Shown one piece after another: positions 47,452 to 57,147 of a stretch of 64,000 nt of DNA. Position numbers and translations under genes: made by a program. How positions within the stretch are numbered: position 1 is the first letter of the stretch; the number at the start of each line of letters is the position of its first letter. The notes beneath the pieces are model-generated. The model ran no database searches and was not told the DNA's origin. It was given only the letters and a program-made list of their open reading frames with translations. Source of the stretch: a virus. The stretch spans positions 14,402 to 78,401 of IMG/VR virus record IMGVR_UViG_3300035228_001133, one strand, 5' to 3'.

Positions 47452-48531
47452 ATGTTAACTTCCCATTTTTATCACGAAATTATTAGAAAGATAATTATTT
47501 CTTTCGGAACTCTTTTTAATGGGATAGAAATAAAACATCAAGATAAAAATGACAATACATTTAGTGTCTTTAATGTTCCAATCTCTTATGGACCAACTCA
47601 AAAGTTTCTAGCACGACTAGAGCAAAGTAGAGATTTAAGATCTCCAGGTAAACCAGCTGGTGCGATTACATTACCTAGAATGTCATTTGAAATGATCGGA
47701 GTTGAATATGATTCTAGTAGAAAAATTTCTACTATGCAAACTTTTAAGGCTGTTAATAAAGATACAAACAAATTGATTAAGGGATATATGCCTGTCCCAT
47801 ATAATATTAATATGCAATTGAGTATACTAACGAAACTCAATGAAGATGCTCTCCAAATATTAGAACAAATTTTACCTTATTTTCAACCATCATTTAATCT
47901 AACAGTTAATCTTACTAATACAATTGGAGAAACTAGAGATATTCCAATTGTATTAGAAGCAATTCAGATGGATGATAATTATGAAGGAGACTTCTTAACC
48001 AGAAGAGCTTTAATTTATACTTTGAATTTTACTTGTAAAGCATATCTTTACGGACCCATTAATGCAACTACTGATGGACTCATCAAGAAAGTTCAGGTTG
48101 ATTATATGCAGGGAACTGATAATCTCAAAACTCCAGATAGACAACTTAGATATACTGCTGTCCCTATTGCTATTAAAGATTATGATAATGATGATACTGC
48201 CAGAACTGGAGAAGTATTTAATGATCAAGTAACTGCATTTACTGTGTCTGATGCAACTCCGTTTGTTTCTAATAGTTACATTCAAATTGATGAAGAAGTT
48301 ATGAGAATCAAGTCCAAGAGTGGACAACGATTACATGTAGAAAGGGGAGAATATGGAACTGTTGCTGTACCCCACGATATCGATGTTCAGATTAATGCAA
48401 TTACCATTCAAGATGATGCATATGTAGAAGCAAATCTAGATGAGGATGATTTTGGATTTGGTGAAACAAGAACTGAATATCAGGATGGACAAGTTTATAG
48501 TATCAGTCAGAGTAGAGATAGTGACTTATGA
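47452..48531 (+). CDS. gp15: Tail sheath stabiliser/completion protein gp15
   Basis: FYHEIIRK..FGTLFN, VPISYGPTQKFLARL, LPRMSFE, QILEQILPYFQP. Confidence 0.92.
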   Translation: MLTSHFYHEIIRKIIISFGTLFNGIEIKHQDKNDNTFSVFNVPISYGPTQKFLARLEQSRDLRSPGKPAGAITLPRMSFEMIGVEYDSSRKISTMQTFKAVNKDTNKLIKGYMPVPYNINMQLSILTKLNEDALQILEQILPYFQPSFNLTVNLTNTIGETRDIPIVLEAIQMDDNYEGDFLTRRALIYTLNFTCKAYLYGPINATTDGLIKKVQVDYMQGTDNLKTPDRQLRYTAVPIAIKDYDNDDTARTGEVFNDQVTAFTVSDATPFVSNSYIQIDEEVMRIKSKSGQRLHVERGEYGTVAVPHDIDVQINAITIQDDAYVEANLDEDDFGFGETRTEYQDGQVYSISQSRDSDL

Positions 48532-48956
48532 GCAAGAACTTTGATACTATTGACGAGTCCCTAGACATTACTCCTTCGGAAGTATTGCCCGAGGAAAAAC
48601 CTGTCGTCAAAAAGAAACCTGTGCGAGAAGAAAAACCAGATATTGATAGAGACTATGAGTATACTAGGGGTCATCTATATTCTTTGATTGAGAAAGGACA
48701 GGAAGCAATTGATGGTATTCTTGAGTTATCACAAGAATCAGATTCACCTAGAGCTTATGAAGTTGCTGGACAACTAATAAAAAATGTGGCTGATACCACA
48801 GATAAATTAATGGACCTTCAGAAGAAACTGAAAGATGTCAATGAGGAATCGAAAAGAAGCCCTACTAATGTCACTAATAATGCATTGTTTGTTGGAAGTA
48901 CAGCAGATCTACAAAAGATGTTGAAACAAGCATCTAAAGATAACCAATCTAAATAA
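48528..48956 (+). CDS. gp16: Terminase small subunit gp16
   Basis: DYEYTRG.LYSLIEKGQEAI, PRAYEV, NNALFVGSTADLQK. Confidence 0.92.
   Translation: MSKNFDTIDESLDITPSEVLPEEKPVVKKKPVREEKPDIDRDYEYTRGHLYSLIEKGQEAIDGILELSQESDSPRAYEVAGQLIKNVADTTDKLMDLQKKLKDVNEESKRSPTNVTNNALFVGSTADLQKMLKQASKDNQSK
48949..48955 (+). promoter_or_regulatory. Late promoter CTAAATA
   Basis: At the gp16 3' end, 22 bp before the next ATG. Confidence 0.6.
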
Positions 48957-48977
48957 TCATATAGATGCCTCAGAAAT

Positions 48978-49226
48978 ATGAAATCTTTCCAAACATTTCT
49001 AGGTGAAGGTGTAGACCGAATTGCTATGTATGGAAATTACTATACTATTAATTTAGTTTTTAGAGGATCAACTAAATCTCTTCAAATGTTCTTTCCACAA
49101 AGAGGAAGACCTATGAAGAAAGACGTTCAGTCTGAAGTTGATAAGGTATATCCTGGAGCAAAGGTAATCTATTTCTATCCTGCGGTAAAAGATCCCAGAG
49201 AACCCCTTTTTGTGGTAAACCCCTGA
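48978..49226 (+). CDS. Small hypothetical protein with capsid-targeting-like N-terminus
   Basis: Starts MKSFQTFLGE; QMFFPQ...KVYPGAKV motif. Confidence 0.7.
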   Translation: MKSFQTFLGEGVDRIAMYGNYYTINLVFRGSTKSLQMFFPQRGRPMKKDVQSEVDKVYPGAKVIYFYPAVKDPREPLFVVNP

Positions 49227-49234
49227 ATTAAGTT

Positions 49235-50890
49235 ATGGCTGATAATGGTGTATATCTTGGTAATCCAAATCTCAAAAAATCTAATGTTTCTATTGAGTGG
49301 ACTCAAGATCAAGTTAAAGAATACTTAAAGTGTAAGGAAGATCCTTTATATTTTGCAGTTAATTATGTGAAGATTATCAGTCTTGATGAAGGACTGGTTC
49401 CGTTCAAAATGTATGATTTTCAGGAAAAACTTGTAAAAAATTTCCATGATCACAGATTCAACATTTGTAAGATGCCTCGGCAGTCGGGAAAGTCAACAAC
49501 TGTTGTTTCATACCTCCTTCATTACGCACTCTTTAATGATAGCGTTACTATTGGTATACTTGCAAACAAAGCTGCAACTGCCAGAGAACTGTTAGGAAGA
49601 CTTCAAACTGCTTATGAGGCATTACCTCATTGGATGCAACAGGGTATTGTTGCATGGAATAAAGGTTCTATGGAGTTGGAAAACAAATCAAAGATTCTTG
49701 CTGCATCGACATCTGCTTCTGCTGTACGAGGTATGTCTTTCAACATTATCTTCCTCGATGAGTTTGCGTTCATTCCAAATCATATCGCAGAAGAATTTTT
49801 CAGTTCTGTATATCCCACTATTTCATCTGGTAAATCTACAAAAGTTATTATCGTTTCTACCCCAAAGGGTATGAATCATTTTTATAGATTGTGGCATGAC
49901 TCTGAACTTGGTAGAAATGAATATGTAAACACGGAAGTTCATTGGTCAGAAGTTCCTGGTCGAGATGATGCTTGGAGAGAACAAACTATAAAAAATACAT
50001 CGGAATCTCAGTTCCGAGTTGAGTTTGAGTGTGAGTTCTTAGGATCCGTAGATACTCTAATAGCGCCTTCAAAATTGAAGTCGATGGTATATGATGTACC
50101 AATAAATACTGCAAAAAATGGTGGAGAGATATACTGTCACTCAATAGAAAAACATAATTATATTATTACGGTTGACGTTGCTAGAGGTGTAGAAAAAGAT
50201 TATTCTGCTTTTATCGTATTTGATACAACAGAGTTTCCGTATAAGGTTGTTGCGAAGTATAGAAATAATTCCATTAGACCAATGTTATTCCCAAATGTTA
50301 TTTGGGAATTTGCAAAAGCATATAATGATGCATACATTTTATGTGAAGTAAATGATATTGGAGATCAAATTGCAGCAACTCTTCAATACGATTTGGAATA
50401 TCAAAATTTACTCATGTGTTCTATGCGAGGTCGAGCTGGACAATTAGTTGGTCAAGGATTCAGTGGAAAGAAGACTCAGTTGGGTGTCAAGATGTCCAAG
50501 ACTGTTAAAAAAATTGGATCGTTAAACTTGAAGACAATGATAGAATCTGATAAATTATTGATATCAGATTATAATATTATTGCAGAACTCACAACATTTA
50601 TTCAGAAAAATAATTCATTTGAAGCTGAAGAAGGATGTAATGATGATCTCGCTATGTGTTTGGTTATCTTTGCTTGGTTAGTCCAACAAGACTATTTCAA
50701 AGAAATGTCTGATGATGATATTAGAAAAAGAATCTATGACGATCAACGAGATCAAATTGAACAGGATATGGCTCCGTTTGGATTTGTAAGTGACGGAATT
50801 AACGAAGAGACATCGTTTGTTGATTCAAGTGGCGATAGGTGGCATACTGATGAATATGGTGATGTATCACATATGTGGAACTATCGATAA
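49235..50890 (+). CDS. gp17: Terminase large subunit gp17
   Basis: YLGNPNLKK, PRQSGKST (Walker A), IIFLDEFAF (Walker B), VSTPKG, VDVARG, GCNDDLAM. Confidence 0.97.
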   Translation: MADNGVYLGNPNLKKSNVSIEWTQDQVKEYLKCKEDPLYFAVNYVKIISLDEGLVPFKMYDFQEKLVKNFHDHRFNICKMPRQSGKSTTVVSYLLHYALFNDSVTIGILANKAATARELLGRLQTAYEALPHWMQQGIVAWNKGSMELENKSKILAASTSASAVRGMSFNIIFLDEFAFIPNHIAEEFFSSVYPTISSGKSTKVIIVSTPKGMNHFYRLWHDSELGRNEYVNTEVHWSEVPGRDDAWREQTIKNTSESQFRVEFECEFLGSVDTLIAPSKLKSMVYDVPINTAKNGGEIYCHSIEKHNYIITVDVARGVEKDYSAFIVFDTTEFPYKVVAKYRNNSIRPMLFPNVIWEFAKAYNDAYILCEVNDIGDQIAATLQYDLEYQNLLMCSMRGRAGQLVGQGFSGKKTQLGVKMSKTVKKIGSLNLKTMIESDKLLISDYNIIAELTTFIQKNNSFEAEEGCNDDLAMCLVIFAWLVQQDYFKEMSDDDIRKRIYDDQRDQIEQDMAPFGFVSDGINEETSFVDSSGDRWHTDEYGDVSHMWNYR

Positions 50891-51114
50891 TGAATTTAGA
50901 TGATGAGTTTGTGTTGGGACATCTTCTCCTAAATGAACGGAAATGTAGATCTTGTGGAGAAGTAAAAGACCTTCTGACAGACTTTTATAGAACAAGAAAA
51001 AACCGAACTATAGCTTCTGCATATTCATATGAATGTAAGGACTGTACTAAAAAAAGAATAAAAAGATATAGGAATAGTACATCCAAAGACACTTCGATAT
51101 ATCCAGACTGGTAA
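50890..51114 (+). CDS. Small zinc-finger protein (CxxC...CxxC, 74 aa)
   Basis: TAATG coupling to gp17; CRSC and CKDC; ends YPDW. Confidence 0.7.
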   Translation: MNLDDEFVLGHLLLNERKCRSCGEVKDLLTDFYRTRKNRTIASAYSYECKDCTKKRIKRYRNSTSKDTSIYPDW

Positions 51115-51155
51115 AGAGTTCATGCAATGTTTCCCCACTTGAAAACTAGCAAATT

Positions 51156-51162
51156 CTAAATA
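51156..51162 (+). promoter_or_regulatory. Late promoter CTAAATA for gp18
   Basis: Intergenic, upstream of a GAGGA RBS. Confidence 0.7.
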
Positions 51163-51201
51163 ATAACAGATAAAAAATGGACTTCTTAAAGAGGAACTAC
51201 A

Positions 51202-53631
51202 ATGTCATTAAATTTAGTCTCCCCAGGCGTTAAGGTAAGAGAAGTTGACTTAACTATTGGACGCATTGATAATATTAATGATCAGGTGGGTGCCATTGCT
51301 GGTCCTTTTGAAAGAGGACCCGTAGACGTACCACTACTAATTGAAACTGAAAACGATCTTACACAAACGTTTGGTAAACCACTATCTACCGATTCCCAGT
51401 ATGAGTACTGGATGAGTGCTTCATCGTATCTTTCTTACGGTGGTATTCTAAGAGTCATTAGATCTAGTCACCCAACTCTATCTAACGCCAACGTTGCACT
51501 AGCGGGGGGATCCCTGGCTGGTTTGCAAATTAATTCCTCTGAGGATTATACAAATAATCACAGAGAAGATATCAGCTGGACATATGCATCCAGAAACCCA
51601 GGTTCTTGGGCTAATGATCTTAAAGTTTGCACAATCGACTCTTCTGCTGACCAAAGACTTGCAATTGGTACAGATGGTCTCCAGGTAGGATATGCAATCA
51701 CTGCTGGTTTCTCAACATCAGTAGCACTAAGTGATGGTACTGTTGGAGTTAAGACAGGATATCTTAAAGGCGTCATTACTTCGGTTAACGCATCTTCAGT
51801 TGATGTTAAGATTCTATCAGAATATGACGTTTCCAATGACAAATGGTCTGAAACTGATTATCAAGAAGGAAGCACCACAAAATCATTCCTCGGATACGAT
51901 GAAGGACAGGAGGCATACGTTAGTGGTATCAATACTGCTTACTTTAACAATAGAAACCTTTACAGAATATTTGATAACGTAGGTGATCAAATTGGTATTG
52001 AAAGAACTAGATTCCAAGCAACTGTTGGTATCGGATCCACAATGATTGGATTTGGATCTGACTTAGACAACTCCAAAATTGCGTTTGGCGATAAGGTAAA
52101 GTCGGTCAATGGAAATTACGAAGGAACAGTTATTGGATTCACTACAGAAGGTGATTCAACTACTGCAGTCATCATGGATGTTGCAGCTTCAGTTTCTTTC
52201 GCTAATACAGACTTCATTGTTAAGACGGGTATTGGTAGTGGACTTACCTTGAGACAGGGCAATACTGCAACAGACTGGTACAATACACAGACTCTTGGAC
52301 TAGAAAACCAGACAATTTTCTGGAAGTCTCTTGCTGAGAAACCTGCAACGTCTGGATATGCTGCAGAAAGAAGTTCCAGATTTGATGAGATACATGTTGT
52401 CGTTGTTGATGACACTGGCAAAGTAACTGGAAGCGCAGGAAACATTGTAGAAAAGTGGGTTGGTCTTTCTAAGGCTTCCGATGCAAAAATTTCTCCAAGT
52501 ACAGATATTTACTACAAGAACTATATTGCACAGTATTCACAAGACATCTTTGTTGGTGCTGCACAAACTGGCGGATCACTTAAGTTCAATATGTTGGGTG
52601 GATACACTCTGGATGCAAGTGGTACATGGGGACAAGAAGCACAGGGAGTAACATATAACGGTGCTGGAGCTAACACTTACTCTCTTGGTGGTGGTAGTGA
52701 TTATGGTGGTGTTGGAGTTTACAAGTGCAATCTATCCGATGTAATTACTTCATATACTATCCTCGACAACCCTGCAGAGTATTCTGTTAATTACATCCTT
52801 CAGGGTCCCTCATCAGGTACTACTGTCTTCGAGGCACAAGCCAAGGCAAACAAATTGATTCAGATTGCAAATACTCGCAAAGATTGCATTGCGTGTATAT
52901 CTCCATACAAACCTGATGTTGTTGGAATTAGTGATTCTGATCAACAGACAAATAACATCATTAACTTCTATGATAGTTTGACTTCCAGTTCTTATGCTGT
53001 ATTTGACTCTGGTTACAAATATACATTCGATAGATTTAATAATTCTTTCAGATATGTTCCTTTGAATGGTGATACTGCTGGTCTCATGGCAAGAACTTCA
53101 ATCAATTCTTTCCCATGGTTCTCTCCTGCAGGTTCACAAAGAGGTTCGATCAATAATGCTGTTAAACTGGCATACAACCCATCACAGGCACAGAGAGATC
53201 TTCTATATCCCAAGAGAATTAACCCAGTGATATTCTCCCCTGGTGCAGGAATGGTTCTCTATGGTGATAAGACTGCTCTTAAAGAAGCATCTGCATTTGA
53301 TAGAATTAACGTTCGTCGTTTGTTCCTCACTATTGAACAAACAATAGAGAGAGCTGCAAGAGCACAACTCTTCGAGTTCAATGACATTCTCACAAGAACT
53401 AACTTCTTGAATATTGTTGAACCATATCTTCGTGATGTTAAGGCGAAGAGAGGTATCATTGATTTTGTTGTAATTTGTGATGACTCTAACAACACACCAG
53501 ATGTTGTCGATTCTAATCAGTTCAAGGCTGATATCTTCGTAAAACCAAATAGATCAATTAACTTCATTGGTCTGACATTCGTTGCGACACGCTCGGGAGT
53601 CAGTTTTGATGAAGTAGTTGGTAATGTTTGA
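51202..53631 (+). CDS. gp18: Tail sheath protein gp18
   Basis: SPGVKVREVDLT, PWFSPAG, RINPV, GDKT, AFDRINVRRLF, FEFND. Confidence 0.97.
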   Translation: MSLNLVSPGVKVREVDLTIGRIDNINDQVGAIAGPFERGPVDVPLLIETENDLTQTFGKPLSTDSQYEYWMSASSYLSYGGILRVIRSSHPTLSNANVALAGGSLAGLQINSSEDYTNNHREDISWTYASRNPGSWANDLKVCTIDSSADQRLAIGTDGLQVGYAITAGFSTSVALSDGTVGVKTGYLKGVITSVNASSVDVKILSEYDVSNDKWSETDYQEGSTTKSFLGYDEGQEAYVSGINTAYFNNRNLYRIFDNVGDQIGIERTRFQATVGIGSTMIGFGSDLDNSKIAFGDKVKSVNGNYEGTVIGFTTEGDSTTAVIMDVAASVSFANTDFIVKTGIGSGLTLRQGNTATDWYNTQTLGLENQTIFWKSLAEKPATSGYAAERSSRFDEIHVVVVDDTGKVTGSAGNIVEKWVGLSKASDAKISPSTDIYYKNYIAQYSQDIFVGAAQTGGSLKFNMLGGYTLDASGTWGQEAQGVTYNGAGANTYSLGGGSDYGGVGVYKCNLSDVITSYTILDNPAEYSVNYILQGPSSGTTVFEAQAKANKLIQIANTRKDCIACISPYKPDVVGISDSDQQTNNIINFYDSLTSSSYAVFDSGYKYTFDRFNNSFRYVPLNGDTAGLMARTSINSFPWFSPAGSQRGSINNAVKLAYNPSQAQRDLLYPKRINPVIFSPGAGMVLYGDKTALKEASAFDRINVRRLFLTIEQTIERAARAQLFEFNDILTRTNFLNIVEPYLRDVKAKRGIIDFVVICDDSNNTPDVVDSNQFKADIFVKPNRSINFIGLTFVATRSGVSFDEVVGNV

Positions 53632-53640
53632 TCCGTCTCA

Positions 53641-53647
53641 CTAAATA
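53641..53647 (+). promoter_or_regulatory. Late promoter CTAAATA for gp19
   Basis: Intergenic, followed by an AAGGAG RBS. Confidence 0.7.
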
Positions 53648-53670
53648 ACAGTATAAGGAGTTAATTAGCC

Positions 53671-54366
53671 ATGCCCAGTTCAAAGTCATTTAACCCACCA
53701 TTGGTAGGGAATAGGACTATTGAGGATTTCAAGGCTCGACTATCTGGAGGGGCCGCCCGCCCCAATTTGTTTGAGGTTGAACTTGCTTTCCCAAGCTACG
53801 TCCAAGTCCCTACGGAATCTGTTGCCAATTCTAGATTTCTAATCAAGGCTGCTCAATTACCAGCCTCGAATATTAACGTCATCGACGTTCCTTTCAGAGG
53901 AAGAAATCTTAAGATTGCAGGTGACAGAACATTTGATGTCTGGACTATTACAGTCATCAATGACGTTACATTCGATCTACGAAATGCATTCGAGCAATGG
54001 ATGAATGGCATCAATAAGCATGATAATGCTACTGGTGTTATTAATCCAACTCAATATCAGAAAGATGCAGTTGTATATCAACTAGGAAGAAATACTAGAG
54101 CTTCTACTGGTAGTTTTCCAGCTAGTATTGATAAAGCAACATTAGGTGCTGGTGATAAGTATCCAGTCCTGAAAAAATATGTCTTCCATGGTTTGTTCCC
54201 AACAAACGTTAGTTCCATCGAACTTTCTTACGATAACTCCGATACTATTGAAGAGTTTACTGTAGACATGCAAGTTCAGTGGTGGGATGCATATACTGGA
54301 GATAATGTTAACCTCTTTGGTACAGAAGAGGAACCAGTAACTACTGCCGATTCTCAGAGTGCTTAA
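53671..54366 (+). CDS. gp19: Tail tube protein gp19
   Basis: ARPNLFEV, FRGRNLKIAGDRTFDVWTITVIND, FPTNVSSIELSYD..IEEFTV. Confidence 0.95.
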   Translation: MPSSKSFNPPLVGNRTIEDFKARLSGGAARPNLFEVELAFPSYVQVPTESVANSRFLIKAAQLPASNINVIDVPFRGRNLKIAGDRTFDVWTITVINDVTFDLRNAFEQWMNGINKHDNATGVINPTQYQKDAVVYQLGRNTRASTGSFPASIDKATLGAGDKYPVLKKYVFHGLFPTNVSSIELSYDNSDTIEEFTVDMQVQWWDAYTGDNVNLFGTEEEPVTTADSQSA

Positions 54367-54376
54367 TTCTCATTGA

Positions 54377-54383
54377 ATAAATA
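54377..54383 (+). promoter_or_regulatory. Late promoter ATAAATA for gp20
   Basis: Intergenic. Confidence 0.7.
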
Positions 54384-54411
54384 CATTTGATGATGCCTTA
54401 AGTGAATCTAA

Positions 54412-56085
54412 ATGGCTAGGTTGTTTGGTTTTAAAATTGAAAAAGAAGACGATACTTCAAAGAGTATTGTTTCTCCTATTCCAAAGTCCGATGAGGATTC
54501 GTCGGACTTTTTTGTCAGTAGTGGATTTTATGGTCAGTATGTAGATATCGATGGTGTCTATAAATCTGAATTTGATTTGATAAAAAGATATCGAGAAATG
54601 GCATTGCATCCTGAGGTGGATAGCGCCATTGAAGATATTATAAATGAGGCTATTGTCTCTGATCAGAACGATTCTCCCGTTCAAATTGATCTATCAAATC
54701 TTCCTGGTTCGGAAAAACTTAAGGATCTTATCCGATCGGAATTTAAAAAAGTTAAGGAGGTCATGGACTTCGACAAGAAGTGTCATGAAATTTTGCGTAA
54801 CTGGTATGTAGATGGAAGAATTTTCTACCATAAAGTTATTGACTTAAAAGCACCTCAAGAAGGTATTCAAGAAGTACGTTATATTGACCCCCTAAAAATT
54901 AAGTACGTTAGAAAGTTAAAGTCAAAGGAGAATGCACAACAACTAGCGCAAAGAGTTCAAGATACTTCCAATCCATTAAGCCCAGAGATTGAAGAGTATT
55001 ATCTGTATGATCCAAATACTCAAGCAGCAAAAAATAATATAGGAGCTATCGGACAACCATTTAGTAATTCAAATAGACCAGTAAAAATTGCAATTGACGC
55101 AGTAACATTCTGTCACTCTGGTTTAGTAGATAGGAATAAGCAAACGATCATTTCATATCTACACAAAACTATTAAAGCACTCAATCAACTTCGCATGATT
55201 GAAGATAGTCTTGTAATTTATAGATTGTCTCGTGCTCCCGAAAGAAGAATTTTCTATATTGATGTTGGTAATCTGCCAAAGATTAAAGCCGAACAATACT
55301 TGAAAGATGTGATGAGTCGTTATCGCAACAAACTAGTTTATGATGCATCGACTGGTGAAGTCCGAGATGATCGTAAGCATATGAGTATGCTTGAAGATTT
55401 TTGGTTGCCTCGTCGTGAAGGTGGTAGAGGAACAGAGATTACAACTCTTCCTGGTGGTCAAAATCTGGGAGAACTTGCTGATATTGAATATTTCCAGAAA
55501 AAATTATATAGATCACTAGGTGTTCCAGAATCTCGTATTGCTGGATCTGGAGAAGGTTTCAATCTTGGTCGTTCCTCAGAAATCTTGCGAGATGAAGTTA
55601 AATTCACTAAGTTTGTTGGACGTTTAAGGAAAAGATTTTCTGGTGTTTTTAGCGACATGCTGAAGACACAACTTATTCTGAAAAATATTGTTACACCTGA
55701 AGATTGGGAAATTCTTTCCGATCATATTCAATATGACTTCGTTTACGATAATCACTTTGCGGAATTAAAAGAGACTGAACTACTTAATGAAAGACTTGGA
55801 ACTGCTGCTGCAGTTGATCCATATCTTGGAAAGTATTTCTCTCTTGAATATGTAAGGAGAACTGTTCTCAAACAAAAAGATGAGGAGATGGTCGAGATCG
55901 ACAAACAGATGGCACAAGAAATTAAAGATGGTAAGTTGATTGATCCTATGGAAGTTCAACAACTTGAAATGGGTATTGGTGCAGGTGAAGATCTTGGATC
56001 TCCAATAACAGAACCAGGTATTGATGGTTCTGCAGTAGAAGCTGATGGGTCAGCTATTGAGATGCCCAAGGGAGGGGAAATATAA
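54412..56085 (+). CDS. gp20: Portal vertex protein gp20
   Basis: WYVDGR, NQLRMIEDSLVIYRLSRAPERRIFYIDVGNLP, EDFWLPRREGGRGTEITTLPGGQNLG. Confidence 0.98.
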   Translation: MARLFGFKIEKEDDTSKSIVSPIPKSDEDSSDFFVSSGFYGQYVDIDGVYKSEFDLIKRYREMALHPEVDSAIEDIINEAIVSDQNDSPVQIDLSNLPGSEKLKDLIRSEFKKVKEVMDFDKKCHEILRNWYVDGRIFYHKVIDLKAPQEGIQEVRYIDPLKIKYVRKLKSKENAQQLAQRVQDTSNPLSPEIEEYYLYDPNTQAAKNNIGAIGQPFSNSNRPVKIAIDAVTFCHSGLVDRNKQTIISYLHKTIKALNQLRMIEDSLVIYRLSRAPERRIFYIDVGNLPKIKAEQYLKDVMSRYRNKLVYDASTGEVRDDRKHMSMLEDFWLPRREGGRGTEITTLPGGQNLGELADIEYFQKKLYRSLGVPESRIAGSGEGFNLGRSSEILRDEVKFTKFVGRLRKRFSGVFSDMLKTQLILKNIVTPEDWEILSDHIQYDFVYDNHFAELKETELLNERLGTAAAVDPYLGKYFSLEYVRRTVLKQKDEEMVEIDKQMAQEIKDGKLIDPMEVQQLEMGIGAGEDLGSPITEPGIDGSAVEADGSAIEMPKGGEI

Positions 56086-56088
56086 ATA
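56081..56088 (+). promoter_or_regulatory. Late promoter TATAAATA overlapping the gp20 stop
   Basis: Exact consensus. Confidence 0.8.
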
Positions 56089-56116
56089 CTTCTAGTTTGT
56101 AGTTAATTTATCTGTT

Positions 56117-56368
56117 ATGGATGACCTTATTGATTTGATTGTGAACAATGACTCTCCCACAGAGATTCATTCTAAGATCAAAGATGTTTTATTTGCAAAG
56201 TCTGCAGAAAACATCGAAACCATTCGTCCAGCTGTTACAGCTGATGCGTTTGGAGGACCCAATCCTTGGGTTGATCAGTTAGATGATGCAGAACCAGAAA
56301 CTTCCGATGATGAAGTAGAGGTATCTGCAGAACTTGAAACACCTGCCGAGGAACCAGAAGAAGAATGA
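56117..56368 (+). CDS. Small acidic prohead core protein (gp67-like position)
   Basis: Between gp20 and gp21; very acidic tail. Confidence 0.7.
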   Translation: MDDLIDLIVNNDSPTEIHSKIKDVLFAKSAENIETIRPAVTADAFGGPNPWVDQLDDAEPETSDDEVEVSAELETPAEEPEEE

Positions 56369-57090
56369 AACTTATTACCGAAGAAATCGAATCAGCAAAG
56401 GTCCTTGTCGAAGAAAAAGACGGCAAGAAATCTATGTTCATTGAAGGTATTTTCCTTCAAGGAAATTTGAAAAATAGGAATGGTCGTTTCTATCCTGTTG
56501 AAACTCTGGACAAAGAGGTAAACAGGTATATGGAGCAGTTTGTTTCTAAAGGGCGTGCTCTTGGTGAATTAGGACATCCCGATGGACCAACTGTAAATCT
56601 AGATAGGGTTTCTCATAAAATTGTAGACCTCCATAAAGAGGGACATAATTTTATTGGAAAAGCTAAACTTCTTGATACTCCTATGGGCAAAATTGCTCAG
56701 TCATTGATTGACGAGGGTGTTCAACTGGGAGTTTCTTCTAGGGGAATGGGAAGTTTACGTGATACAAGTGAAGGATATAAAGTAGTTGGTGAGGATTTTA
56801 TGCTCGCTACCGCTGCTGATATTGTCGCAGATCCTTCTGCTCCTGATGCTTTTGTTAACGGAATCATGGAAGGAGTTGAATGGATTTGGGATGCAGGTCT
56901 CCTAAAGGCACAGTCTCAAATTAGAGAAGCAACAGTTCAAGAAACCGTTGCGGTAATTGAGAAACAACCTGAAGAAATTGTCGATCAGGCAATTAAAGAA
57001 ACTAAAAAAACTATAAATAAATTTGTTGATCAAAAGAGACTGGACGAGAAGAAGTTGGAAATATTCCAAAACTTCTTATCAAATCTCTGA
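56365..57090 (+). CDS. gp21: Prohead protease gp21
   Basis: NRNGRFYP, ALGELGHP, GVSSRGMGS, DIVADPSAPDAFV. Confidence 0.96.
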   Translation: MKLITEEIESAKVLVEEKDGKKSMFIEGIFLQGNLKNRNGRFYPVETLDKEVNRYMEQFVSKGRALGELGHPDGPTVNLDRVSHKIVDLHKEGHNFIGKAKLLDTPMGKIAQSLIDEGVQLGVSSRGMGSLRDTSEGYKVVGEDFMLATAADIVADPSAPDAFVNGIMEGVEWIWDAGLLKAQSQIREATVQETVAVIEKQPEEIVDQAIKETKKTINKFVDQKRLDEKKLEIFQNFLSNL

Positions 57091-57095
57091 ATTTA

Positions 57096-57106
57096 ATAAA
57101 TAAATA
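57096..57106 (+). promoter_or_regulatory. Overlapping tandem late promoters ATAAATAAATA for gp22-gp23
   Basis: Intergenic; an additional exact TATAAATA lies at 57012-57019 inside gp21. Confidence 0.75.
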
Positions 57107-57147
57107 CAGATTACGATATCTACAACGATTAAAAACGGAGAGTTCAA

